From: a virus
Virus record (IMG/VR): IMGVR_UViG_3300029922_000029
Span: 1 to 64,000 of that record
Reading direction: 5' to 3' (one strand)
DNA length: 64,000 bases
The position numbers and the translations under genes are program-made. Of the stretch, positions 9,574-19,400 are shown piece after piece. The notes beneath the pieces are model-generated. The model was not told the origin of the DNA, searched no databases, and worked only from the letters and a program-made list of their open reading frames with translations. Within the stretch, counting starts at the first letter, position 1, and each line of letters begins with the position of its first letter.

Positions 9574-9813
9574 ATGATTCAGGTCTACACTACTGCCGCT
9601 CTCGCACATCAGAGCTTCGAGTCTGGTTTCGGCCCTGAATGGTTCGCCGAGGTCCGTCCGGCTGGAGTTTGTTTTGCGGCCGAGCTATTTAAGTTCGTCA
9701 AGACGGAGAGCCTGGACATCGAGAAGGGCTACCTCATTCAGAAGCAAAGCGGCACCATTCGCCACCTTGATTCAGAAGCAGTCATTATCTGGAGAGACGA
9801 TCTAAAGCCATGA
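9574..9813 (+). CDS. Hypothetical protein, probably leaderless
   Basis: ATG lies 6 nt after a -10 box. ATGA overlap with the next gene. Confidence 0.6.
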   Translation: MIQVYTTAALAHQSFESGFGPEWFAEVRPAGVCFAAELFKFVKTESLDIEKGYLIQKQSGTIRHLDSEAVIIWRDDLKP

Positions 9814-10790
9814 ACCCAATTCGAGTCGTTCACATCACCGAGAACCCGATTGCTGGCGCGCCGATCAATCTCTCTAACGCCATGAATAAGTGGTCGCGCG
9901 GTACAATACACTCACGACACATTGCTATGTCTGATCGTAATGAAAACAGGGTGTTCGACAGCGATTTGTTGACCACACGACCCTCAGACCAAGCCCAGAT
10001 CTACTACAACTTTGATGATGCCGACATCCTGCACTTCCACAATTTCTACGACGACCAGGACCTTTTCCGCCGCTACCCCGACCTCTGGCATGTGGCCCTC
10101 AAGAAGAAGCGCGTCATCCAAATCCACACCCAGCGCGACATCGGCTGGATGGACATCGAAGCCGGCCTCCGGGATCCCGAGACCAAGAAGCTCGTCATTG
10201 CTCAATACCACCCGCGGCAGTATCCGGAGTGTGAGGTCGTGCAGAACGTAGTCGACATCTTCGATGACAGGCTCATGCCACGGCCAATCCCCTACTCAAA
10301 GCCCAGGGTCGTCTACAGCCCTTCCCGGCTCCGAGCTCCGGGCTGGGACAACAAGGGCTACGATGAGACCGCGCCGGTCCTCCAGCGTCTGGTGAATGAG
10401 GGCGTGATCGAGGCTGAGATCATCTATGACCAGCCGCATGACTACTGCCTGATGCGGAAACAGATCGGGAATATCGCGATCGACGAAATTATCACGGGGT
10501 CCTACCACCTCTGCAGTCTCGAAGCGCTTTCGATGGGGCTCGTGACAATTGCCAATCTCGACCTTCAGCAGATGGAAACGCTCTGCCAAGTGACTGGCTC
10601 GACGCCAGCCGAGCTACCTTGGATCCGCGCCAGCCAATATTCACTCGATGTCGTGCTTCGCGCGCTCACCAAACCTGAAGCCGAGCTCGCACAGCGGCAA
10701 GCCTACGGTCGGGCCTGGATGGAAAAGTACTGGCATCCCGCTGGGATCGTGGCAAAATTTGAGAAGATCTACCGGGAGATGCTAAGATGA
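9810..10790 (+). CDS. GT-B fold glycosyltransferase
   Basis: ADILHFHN, SPS...NKG and SLEALSMG motifs, with a C-terminal WMEKYWH...IY helix. Confidence 0.75.
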   Translation: MNPIRVVHITENPIAGAPINLSNAMNKWSRGTIHSRHIAMSDRNENRVFDSDLLTTRPSDQAQIYYNFDDADILHFHNFYDDQDLFRRYPDLWHVALKKKRVIQIHTQRDIGWMDIEAGLRDPETKKLVIAQYHPRQYPECEVVQNVVDIFDDRLMPRPIPYSKPRVVYSPSRLRAPGWDNKGYDETAPVLQRLVNEGVIEAEIIYDQPHDYCLMRKQIGNIAIDEIITGSYHLCSLEALSMGLVTIANLDLQQMETLCQVTGSTPAELPWIRASQYSLDVVLRALTKPEAELAQRQAYGRAWMEKYWHPAGIVAKFEKIYREMLR

Positions 10791-10976
10791 TCGGACCCAA
10801 GGAAGTGAGAGAACTCCAGCTGAGTGTTTCCTATATGTCCGAGCAAATAAAATATGCATTCCGACATAAAGGTTCCGATTCCTACCTTCCGTATAAGCCT
10901 GCTTATCGACAATTCAGAAACAGAATCAGAAAGCTCTCTAGGATGAGAATGGTCATGAGAAAAATACTCAAACGTC

Positions 10977-11246
10977 ATGGATGAACCCATCCTTACCCCA
11001 GCCCAACAAGCCACCCACGAGCAACAACTCGCCGAGCGTGCTGTCTTCATCAAGCAATGGCGCCTCGAGGCAGCCGCCGGCATTGCCCACCTCGAGAAAC
11101 ATATCCGCGCGGCAGCAAGCGGCCGGCCGGCACGGGGAATGATCCTGATGGACGGCCGCCCCGAGTACCGAATTTTCAGACAGTCAATCAGGGCTTGCTC
11201 AAAACACCGCGCTGAGCTAAAAAAGTTGTTAAGGACTGTGAAATAA
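10977..11246 (+). CDS. Hypothetical protein
   Basis: 89-aa ORF in a coupled run. Confidence 0.6.
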   Translation: MDEPILTPAQQATHEQQLAERAVFIKQWRLEAAAGIAHLEKHIRAAASGRPARGMILMDGRPEYRIFRQSIRACSKHRAELKKLLRTVK

Positions 11247-11248
11247 AA

Positions 11249-12322
11249 ATGCGTATCCTCTTCCTGGTGAAAAAAAACGAGACCTACGGCTTCCAGAGTT
11301 ACCCCGGCTATTCGGAGAACTGTGAGTCCAAACCCAGCGTTTATGTTAAGAAATCGGCTGGTCTCTATAACTCAACCCGTTTCATTGTGGAAGGCCTGGC
11401 GGCCCGGGGCGTCCATGCCAAGATTGTCGAGGTCCAGGACAACAACGCGATCGACAAAGAGGTCACCCTCTTTAAGCCCCAGGCAGTCGTGATCGAGGCC
11501 CTTTGGGTGGTGCCTGAAAAGTTCCAAGTGCTGCAACGCCTTCACCCTTCCGTCCAGTGGTTCTGCCACCTTCACAGCCACATGCCGTTCCTGGCGCTCG
11601 AGGGCATTGCGCTTGAGTGGCTACTGTCCTACGCCGGTATCGGTGTGGGCCTCATCGCGAACTCAGAGGCCTCCTACGAAGCCCTGCGGTGCGTTTTGGA
11701 GTCGGATGAAGTCATTTACCTTCCGAACGTCTATATCCCCGAGGACCGCACGCGGGCGGTGGAGCACCACAAGAGGCATCGGATCGATGTCGGCTGCTTT
11801 GGAGCCGTCAGGCCCATGAAGAACCATCTTCTCCAGGCCCTGGCCGCAATCGAATTTGCCCGGGACTGCAGGAAGCATCTGCACTTTCACATCAACGGAT
11901 CCCGGACTGAAGTGGGTGGCGAGCCGGTCCTCAAGAACTTGCGCCGGCTTTTCGAAATGACCCCCCATGCCGAGCTCATTGAGCACCCCTGGATGGATCC
12001 GTCCATGTTTCTAAATGTCCTACGGGACGAGATCGATATCGGCCTTCAGGTCTCGATGTCTGAAACTTTCAACGTGGTGACGGCCGATTACGTGACGGCC
12101 GGCATACCCGTGGTTGTCTCTAAGCAGGTACCTTGGGTTTCTAGCTTCTGCCAGGCCCGGGAAGACTCGGCCCTCGACATTGTCGACAAGATGCATAAAA
12201 TGTTGTCGGCACGCTGGGTGATCCGGCGGAATCTCAAGCTTCTGAAAAAACACTCGAAGAGAGCTCAAGATGCCTGGTTTGAGTTTGTGCGGGCTGTTTA
12301 TGTGAGGTCGCAGAGTGGATAA
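11249..12322 (+). CDS. GT4-like glycosyltransferase
   Basis: GCFGAVRPMKNH and SMSETFNVVTADYVTAGIPVVVS (variant of the E-x7-E motif). Confidence 0.85.
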   Translation: MRILFLVKKNETYGFQSYPGYSENCESKPSVYVKKSAGLYNSTRFIVEGLAARGVHAKIVEVQDNNAIDKEVTLFKPQAVVIEALWVVPEKFQVLQRLHPSVQWFCHLHSHMPFLALEGIALEWLLSYAGIGVGLIANSEASYEALRCVLESDEVIYLPNVYIPEDRTRAVEHHKRHRIDVGCFGAVRPMKNHLLQALAAIEFARDCRKHLHFHINGSRTEVGGEPVLKNLRRLFEMTPHAELIEHPWMDPSMFLNVLRDEIDIGLQVSMSETFNVVTADYVTAGIPVVVSKQVPWVSSFCQAREDSALDIVDKMHKMLSARWVIRRNLKLLKKHSKRAQDAWFEFVRAVYVRSQSG

Positions 12323-12553
12323 TCAGAATCAGATCTATAGCGGCCATTGCTGCGCCTGCACCGGCGTTTGCGGGCATGTGGGTCCTCCTGCTTTTTGTCC
12401 AAGGCATTCTTCGGCACCTATCCAAGGAATCTCTCTCCCGTTTTTTCAGCACGCCTGGATCTGCCCGGCTTGCCGCGGAGGCGTGGCGCCCGGAGTTCAG
12501 CGTTGCCCTTGTGTACCCTTGACAACACTAACCTTCACGGGTATCTCAGACGG

Positions 12554-13423
12554 ATGCGTACTCAAGACCTCAGAGACAATGAGCGAGACAGAAAGAGATA
12601 TTTCTTCCACAAACGTGGATGGCTGAAGCACTGGCAGTGGGAAGCATTGCTCTGCAGATCCCGATTCAAAGAACACATCCTGACGTGCAACCTCTCATTG
12701 GGCGGTGAGGATCCGCGCGAGGTCCAGTTTACGTTCGCACTCCTAGGCGCCGCGATCTACCTGACATTCCACAACCTACTGCCTGAGAAATGGGCAGTAG
12801 GCTGGTACATGCGAGGCGAAGTGAAAAACCCTCGCTGGCATGAAGACTCCATGGGCAAGGACTGGGGTTTCTACATCTACGACGACTCCTTTGTGTTCCA
12901 GTGGAACCACACGGCGGCCGTCAGCGGTAAGGATCCTAAGTATGGCTATTCGAAGCACTTCTACTTTCCTTGGAGCTGGGGCTCAAGCGTCCGTAATCAG
13001 GTTCTGACGGCCGACGGCAAGTGGGTCGACGCTCCTTATGAGGCAAGGTCGAAGGCCTGGCGGAATCTTCGTAAGCTTAACCCAGACGCAAGCTTCTTTG
13101 ACCTAAAGGATGCTGACTACCCTGATCTGGCCGAGTACCACACCGCTGACTACACCTACACCCGAAAGAACGGCGAAGTCCAGAAACGGATCGCCAAGTT
13201 CCATGTTGAAGAACGGGAATGGCGCTGGCTCATGTTCCATAAGCTTCCCTTTGCTTTTGGGCCCAAGCTGGTCAATCGCTGCATTGACGTGCGCTTCGAT
13301 AAGGAAGTGGGAGAGAAATCTGGTTCGTGGAAGGGTGGCACGACCGGGTGTGGATACGAGATGAAGCGCGGGGAGACGCCGCTTGAGTGTTTACGGCGCA
13401 TGGAGAAGGAGAGGAAATTTTGA
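12554..13423 (+). CDS. Conserved phage hypothetical protein (Trp-rich)
   Basis: C-terminal EVGEKSGSWKGGTTGCGYEM...LRRME; start position uncertain. Confidence 0.7.
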   Translation: MRTQDLRDNERDRKRYFFHKRGWLKHWQWEALLCRSRFKEHILTCNLSLGGEDPREVQFTFALLGAAIYLTFHNLLPEKWAVGWYMRGEVKNPRWHEDSMGKDWGFYIYDDSFVFQWNHTAAVSGKDPKYGYSKHFYFPWSWGSSVRNQVLTADGKWVDAPYEARSKAWRNLRKLNPDASFFDLKDADYPDLAEYHTADYTYTRKNGEVQKRIAKFHVEEREWRWLMFHKLPFAFGPKLVNRCIDVRFDKEVGEKSGSWKGGTTGCGYEMKRGETPLECLRRMEKERKF

Positions 13424-14341
13424 GTGCCAGTCAGATGTGAATGTAAAACCTGCGGTAAAGTTTTCTTTAAGCCTCCATTTACAGTGAAGGACGGCCGCGG
13501 CCGTTTTTGTTCAAGGGTGTGTCTTTATAAAAACACATCCATCCGACTCAAGGGAAAACCTACTGGAAGACAGCTTTTTGGGTCCGCCGGACCTAACTGG
13601 AGAGGTGGAATACCTCAAAAAGAATGTCCATGGTGCAAAAAATCATTCACGGGAAAGGTCCGTAGTCAGGTCACATGCTCTAGGAGATGCGGCCTTCTTT
13701 TAGGTCAATCCAAGAGGACTGGCGACAATAACGGGGCTAGAAAAAAGAATCCACCAAAACAAAAAGTATGTAGGTCATGTGGAAGGTTGTTTTCTAGGAA
13801 TAACGGTGAGGTTCAGAAGAGAGGTTCTGGAGTATGTCCTGGTGGTGGTAAATATTACTGCTCAAACTCCTGTTCTCAAAAAAAGTTATGGCAAAGTGTT
13901 CGACAAATGCGGATAAATCAAGAATTAAAGTCGCGCGGATTCGATACTGAACTTGAGAAATCCTGGCCTTGGTTAGTTAGTCCATTTAGCAAGAACAAGC
14001 TAAGAGTAGATATATTCCTGGAAAAGTTCAGTCTGGCTATAGAATACGATGGCCGACAGCACTATCAGCAAGCCTTCGCCAAGGGGACAGAAGCCCTAGA
14101 GAAGATACAAAAGAAAGATCAGCATAAAAACAGTACACTTAATTCCAGGGGTTTCTCGGTATTGAGGATTCGTCATTACCCCGTAAACATGCGGCAGTTA
14201 GAAGAGTTTATCCTGCTCTTGCACAAAGAAACTCATAGTGGCCGACCACTTACAGTTGTGGTAAAATCAAATGATGAACTTTTCCAGTGGCTTAAAAAAA
14301 TCCGCTCATATCACTGCCACAAAACGTCACTCCCTCCCTAA
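13424..14341 (+). CDS. Zn-finger plus DUF559/Vsr-like PD-(D/E)XK free-standing endonuclease, homing-endonuclease-like
   Basis: Repeated CxxC...CS..C zinc ribbons, PNWRGG, and RVDIFL...AIEYDGRQHY...KD..KN...G..VLRI. More AT-rich than neighbours. Confidence 0.8.
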   Translation: MPVRCECKTCGKVFFKPPFTVKDGRGRFCSRVCLYKNTSIRLKGKPTGRQLFGSAGPNWRGGIPQKECPWCKKSFTGKVRSQVTCSRRCGLLLGQSKRTGDNNGARKKNPPKQKVCRSCGRLFSRNNGEVQKRGSGVCPGGGKYYCSNSCSQKKLWQSVRQMRINQELKSRGFDTELEKSWPWLVSPFSKNKLRVDIFLEKFSLAIEYDGRQHYQQAFAKGTEALEKIQKKDQHKNSTLNSRGFSVLRIRHYPVNMRQLEEFILLLHKETHSGRPLTVVVKSNDELFQWLKKIRSYHCHKTSLPP

Positions 14342-14504
14342 GAAGGAGTTTGCTCTGCCAGGTGAGCACTATCCAATCGACACGGAAGCCCGCGGCCGCG
14401 CGGCGCTCTCTTATGGAGCTCGCTTTGCTTCGCCCGAGCAATACGAAACGATCAAACGCAAAGTGCACGCGAAATATCCGAACATCGGTAAAAAGAAGAG
14501 TTGA
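14271..14504 (+). CDS. Small conserved phage protein (DUF6582-like)
   Basis: RHSLPKKEFALPGEHYPIDTEARGRAAL. Overlaps the 3' end of the endonuclease gene. Confidence 0.65.
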   Translation: MMNFSSGLKKSAHITATKRHSLPKKEFALPGEHYPIDTEARGRAALSYGARFASPEQYETIKRKVHAKYPNIGKKKS

Positions 14505-14791
14505 CTCGCAAAGACCTAGACCTCATGGTCGCCAAACTCCTCCAGCACCAATGCACTTGGGACGGCAGGAACTGGGAATCCATCGACTCCGACGATCGCG
14601 CACGCTACACCCGCAGCGCTGAGGAGATCACCTCTACTCTAGACTATCTGGGTCTGCTGGTGGGTCAAGTGAGTCGCCAGAATGCCCAGGCTTGGCGGAA
14701 TGCCGTAAAAGCTTTAGCAGGGCCTCCTTCTGCGGACAGCTCAGAGAAGAAACCTTCTGCGCCCGAAACTCCTGCGTTAAAATACTCTTGA
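14501..14791 (+). CDS. Hypothetical protein
   Basis: TTGA overlap with the previous stop codon. Confidence 0.55.
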   Translation: MTRKDLDLMVAKLLQHQCTWDGRNWESIDSDDRARYTRSAEEITSTLDYLGLLVGQVSRQNAQAWRNAVKALAGPPSADSSEKKPSAPETPALKYS

Positions 14792-14915
14792 GGTTCTCGA
14801 GCGGGATGCGCCTGACCTCCGGCATCAGGAGGTGGTCGAGCTCGAGGTGGGATCGGTTGGATTCAGCCATATCGTAGGTGTACAGCATGCGACTGTATGC
14901 TTCAAGGGAATTTAA

Positions 14916-15055
14916 AGTCCAGATGGGGCTCGAACCCACGACCCACTAGATATTTCACTAGGTACTCTACCTGACTTTCGTCATGCCCTACTCAGCCTGC
15001 ATCCCTCTCGGCGCCGATCCGTATGCAAACCTTTTGGCCACTGAGCTACTGGACA
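14916..15055 (-). ncRNA. tRNA-like RNA with a 68-nt D-loop insertion and a non-canonical anticodon arm
   Basis: Minus strand reads GTCCAG-TA-GCTCAGTGG-[68 nt]-TAGAGT-A-CCTAG-TGAAATAT-CTAG-TGGGTC-GTGGG-TTCGAGC-CCCAT-CTGGAC. Confidence 0.7.
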
Positions 15056-15075
15056 AAACGAACATATCATAAAAT

Positions 15076-15490
15076 TGGTTGAGGTGGGGTGAATCGAACA
15101 CCCGTCCGAAATCTATCCAATCGACTTTCTACACATGCTTTGCCACAGTTTTGATTCTCGTGGCCCGAAATAGGGACGACCTGGCTTTCGCTAGACCTTC
15201 CTCCACCATCCGGTTTTTTAGCCCCAGACCGGCAACAGGGCTTCGGATTAATACTGGCCTTACGGCCTTCATCATCGCGGAAGCGCGCGATTTTTGCCGG
15301 ATTCCTTTGACGGGCTCTCGGCGCCCCGCTACCTAATTACTTAGGCGGCTTTGGCGACTTCCACAACCCGGCGGGCTGCGAAGTCGACCACGATCACATT
15401 GTCAGTCTGTGAATGCCCATTTTTAGGTGGTCCTAGGCGCCACCGCATGCAAGTCGATTTTCAAAGATCCCGTCGAAACCTTTCACCCCA
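15076..15490 (-). ncRNA. ssrA: tmRNA
   Basis: 5' TGGGGTGAAAGGTTTCGACGGG and 3' GGACGGGTGTTCGATTCACCCCACCTCAACCA, with a G3:U70 pair and encoded CCA. Internal tag ORF 15403-15341 reads DNVIVVDFAARRVVEVAKAA*. Confidence 0.95.
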
Positions 15491-15523
15491 ATGACCAACC
15501 AGTATACCACACACAGTTCGCGG

Positions 15524-16375
15524 TCAAGCCCTAGAAATCAAAATCCCCAAATCCACCAAATCCTTCGCGGTGCCCGCCCGAATCCTCGAATGCTCCCAGG
15601 AATTGATGGTCATCCAGAAGCCCATCGGTCGAAACAAAATGATCTTGTAAGAGCCCGAAGGGTCCGAGAATAATCCCGAGACCTCCCGCATGCGCTTGAG
15701 TGCGCTCCGCGGTGCCCAGATGACCACGAGACCTTCGTCATCAAAGGTAGCCGCTACTGCGGTCTTGGCCCCAAGTTCTAACGCCTTACTGAGCCGGAAG
15801 AGGTACTCCGATCGATCGAAGACTGCCTTGGACTCCGGCTGAAGGCCGACCTCAGGCTCACCTCGCGTATCCAGAAAGGTCGTAGCAGCAATCTCAGCGA
15901 AACGACCCTCTGGCTTTGGGCCAGCGGAGCTCAGTGCATCTAAATATTCTTTCCCGGCTTTCAGACTGCCGAGCCCATCCAGACCTAGGGATGCCACGGA
16001 ATCACGTAGCGGAGGCGGCAAGATCATTCGAGACATGACTGGATCTGGCGCTGCTGATGCGGGGAGTCCACCACTGAAAGGCCTGATCCGACTCGCCGGC
16101 CGATGCTGAATAATATTGGGACTGACATGATTGTAGCGGGTTTCCTTAGTATCCATCTCCCGGACAATCACGAAGCTGGGCTCGCGATAAAAGACAGTCT
16201 CTTTTTTAGGGCTGATGGTTCTGGCTCGATTTCCATGGCAGAACTGGCCTAGCGTCGTGCGCTCGCCGAGCTCGAGACGTTTCAATATTTTCCCCGTGTG
16301 GGTCCTCTGCACCTGGAGTGATGGCACGACCGTTTCCCACTCAACCATCTCGCCTTCTTTGTAGTCAGTTTTCAT
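15524..16375 (-). CDS. Hypothetical protein
   Basis: 283 aa on the minus strand, upstream of the tmRNA. TAGGGT -10 box 6 nt before the ATG. Confidence 0.7.
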   Translation of the reverse strand: MKTDYKEGEMVEWETVVPSLQVQRTHTGKILKRLELGERTTLGQFCHGNRARTISPKKETVFYREPSFVIVREMDTKETRYNHVSPNIIQHRPASRIRPFSGGLPASAAPDPVMSRMILPPPLRDSVASLGLDGLGSLKAGKEYLDALSSAGPKPEGRFAEIAATTFLDTRGEPEVGLQPESKAVFDRSEYLFRLSKALELGAKTAVAATFDDEGLVVIWAPRSALKRMREVSGLFSDPSGSYKIILFRPMGFWMTINSWEHSRIRAGTAKDLVDLGILISRA

Positions 16376-16446
16376 AGTTCAACCCTATATCATTGTGCTG
16401 GAAAATTTCAACATTCTTAGGGTATAAGTCTTTTGAGGAGAAAATT

Positions 16447-19400
16447 ATGAAACGACTTAAGAAACGCCTCGCAGAACTGAAGCAAAAACTCAGGTTCGCG
16501 TGGCTTGCGTTCAAGCACTTCGACCAAGTCCAGTACGGCTTAACGCTTGCCACCGAACTCAATACCGAAAACGTAAACGCAATGCCGTCTCAGATCGCGG
16601 ATCTCTTGGCGTCTTGTCTGCGGGTCAGGAGACTCAGCAAGCTAACGGGGGCCGTGACGACTCAGCAGTTCAGGTTATTTGAATGACCACAAATCTGGAC
16701 CGCTTTCCTGTAGGCGGCACCTTCCGGCCGCTCTCCGATGGGCAAGTCATGCTGCTTCACCAGCTCCGTCAACAGCAAGAATCGGGACGACTCCCAGGAC
16801 TCTGGAATACCGACCCCGGGTTGTGCGGAATCCGTGTGAAGCAAATCAGAGAATGCATCCAAGCACAGTCGCTTCCCATTGATTTTTCTCCTTGGGCCTT
16901 CATTGCTGCCGGTCACGTCTACGTCCGGACATGGGAAGACGCGGCCGTGCTGTTGGTCGACTGTCTCCATCGCTTGAGGCCGTATAATAACGTCGTCCAG
17001 CTTGAGCATCTTGAAGATCTGTATCCGAACGGATTCTTCGATCAGATGACCGTGAACAAGTACATCGACGACTACATGGTGCCTGGGCTGGTTCCATTTG
17101 GTGAGGTCTACGAATCCTAACTTTTATCCCCACTCAAATAGATGTCGCTAGTCAGCGGGTCTTCCGCAAGAGGCTGCAACTTACCACCGTCTATAAAAAC
17201 ATTAAAAATCCCGGGACAACGGACTTGAGTGAGGGTCCCGGGATTTTTAATTTTAGAAAGGAGTCCTCTATGCCTAATGCAAATATGCCCCATACTCATC
17301 TTCCTACTGCAATCCCCCCTGGTGCGATTCTTCCCAATATTAAGACCACTAAAGCCTCTGCTGATATCAAAATCCCCGCTTCTGCAAAAGCACCCAACGA
17401 TGTAAAAATACTTGGCCGAGAGAAAATGAAATTAGGCCGAGAGAATACTAGCTTAAGAGCTCGTTCCGGAAACATTGATGTGAATGATCCGCTGGTCAGT
17501 TTTCTCTACGACTTACTCCGGGATCATCTGGCTCCTGGCCTGGTTGAGAGACTTGTCCAAGAGGCGGTTACTTATCCAAACGTCATGTACACGAATGGTT
17601 ACATCGCGAAGTACTGCCAGGATTTAGCGGCGAGGCTTCGGGGAGAGACGACATGATTCACATGAGTGGAGATAACATATGACCATCATCAGCTGCCTCT
17701 GCAAAATCAATCCACCCACTACAGTCCTCAGGAGCGTAGTCGACCCAAGAGAGATGACGGCCTATCAGTGGATCCGGGATTTTATGAAAGCTGGCAAGGG
17801 CACCCAGCACTCCGATGGCATCGGGTGGTGCGTCGCTCAGGGGCCTGACGGCTGGCGGATCTACAGCGAGAGAGGCTATGGCTTACTGATGTCAGAAGTC
17901 AAAAGAGAGGAGCCGATGTAATGGCGGAGCGATTTGGCGTGATTGAACATACTCAAGACAAAAGGGCTATGCTTCACCTTCTCACTCATCACCGCGAGAT
18001 CTGCGAAGGATGGATCGGTCGGTGGCCTACCCACTGTCAATCAGTCTTCGCGATCTATGAAGAAAGCAAGCTGCCCGAGGGCTATACCAAGGTGCAAAAG
18101 CCATCCGAAGACAAAATCCATAGCCGGTCTTGGTGGTTTCAGGACCGCTACTACGTCCATATGACCAAGACCACGAATCAAGGCACGTGGTGGGGGAAGG
18201 TTGAGTGGAAAGCGAATCCACGGGAGCCGGGACTCAAGAAGATCGGAGCGTTCATCTGCGATACCACGAAGGATGCCCGGCACCAGGCTTTGGCGATCAT
18301 CAACAAGCATCGGAAAGACAAGGAACGGGATGAATAGAATACCAGTCGAGCCCAACTTCATTGCATTTACTCTGGACGGTAAGGAAAGATTCCTGCATCT
18401 AGAATGTAGACGGCTAGGTTGGGTGGTTTGTGCGGGAAAAACAGAGGGTACTGGCATGAGTGAGGCATTTCGGTTTAAACAAGAAGCAGCGCGACACATG
18501 CGATTTATGGTCGATGGGGTGACTGACAATGGCTGACCGACACAAAGATCTGAAGACGTGGTGCCAGCAAAAGCTGTCCAACCAAGACATTACTGAGGAA
18601 GAGGTTCTTTTGGTGAAGGAGATTAATGATCTGATTTCTGTGGTGGGCACCCTCAAGGTACGACTCACTACTGCAGAAGAAAACCTGGGTAAAGCTTTTG
18701 CTGAAAACTTCATTCTCTCTCAGAGGGTTGAGGACGATCGTGTTGCACACCGGAATGAAGCCATCAAAGGAAGACTCTGGCAGGAATCGGTCCAGCGCAA
18801 CCGAGAAGCACTTCAGGCACTCGAGGCGGGTGTCCGGTTCTTCTCTGGTCAAATCAACTTTGGCAAAACTGAATATATAATGCGCAAGGCTATTGAACGA
18901 ATCAAAGAAGAGGTCCCCGTATGAAATCTAAAACATCAGCAGCCGTCCTTCTCAGTACACTCGCAGCGCTTGGTGGCCTTGGGGCGATCGAGGCGCTGGG
19001 AAGCAATGGCACCGTTCGTGTATCGACTATCCCCACTGAAGACGAACTGGAGTGGATGAACCTGCTCCAGCCCTTTAGGCGCAAAGAATGGCAGGCTCGA
19101 TTCAAGCGTGGGCTGACACCAGACCAGCGCGCGTACGTCAACGAAGAGGTGGCAAGATATGTCCAGGACCCGAGCTGAAAACGGAGACATCTGGCAAGCC
19201 GGCCGCCCCGTCATGGCAAAGCTCCACGGCAACGACAACGCGCGCAGAGTTGTCATCGAGACCGGCGAGATGGTGGAATTTCGGTTTTGGAACCCAGCCA
19301 ATGTCAGGACACGTGACGGACTCTACTTGTCGATCGAGGAGAAGCAGTTTAGTGATGACTTCTGCTACGTCGGAAAGATCTTAGAAGAGATCTATAGACG

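Noticed and set aside
14634-14888. Minus-strand ORF downstream of the tRNA-like RNA
   Set aside because: It overlaps the coupled + strand ORF 14501-14791 and has no motif, so it cannot be supported, though it is not excluded.
14970-15037. Group I/II intron in the tRNA-like gene
   Set aside because: 68 nt is far too short and no catalytic core elements are visible. It is kept as an unexplained insertion.
17138-17195. Possible structured RNA (ATAGATG...CGTCTAT)
   Set aside because: Stems are short and there is no promoter or family signature, so the evidence is insufficient.
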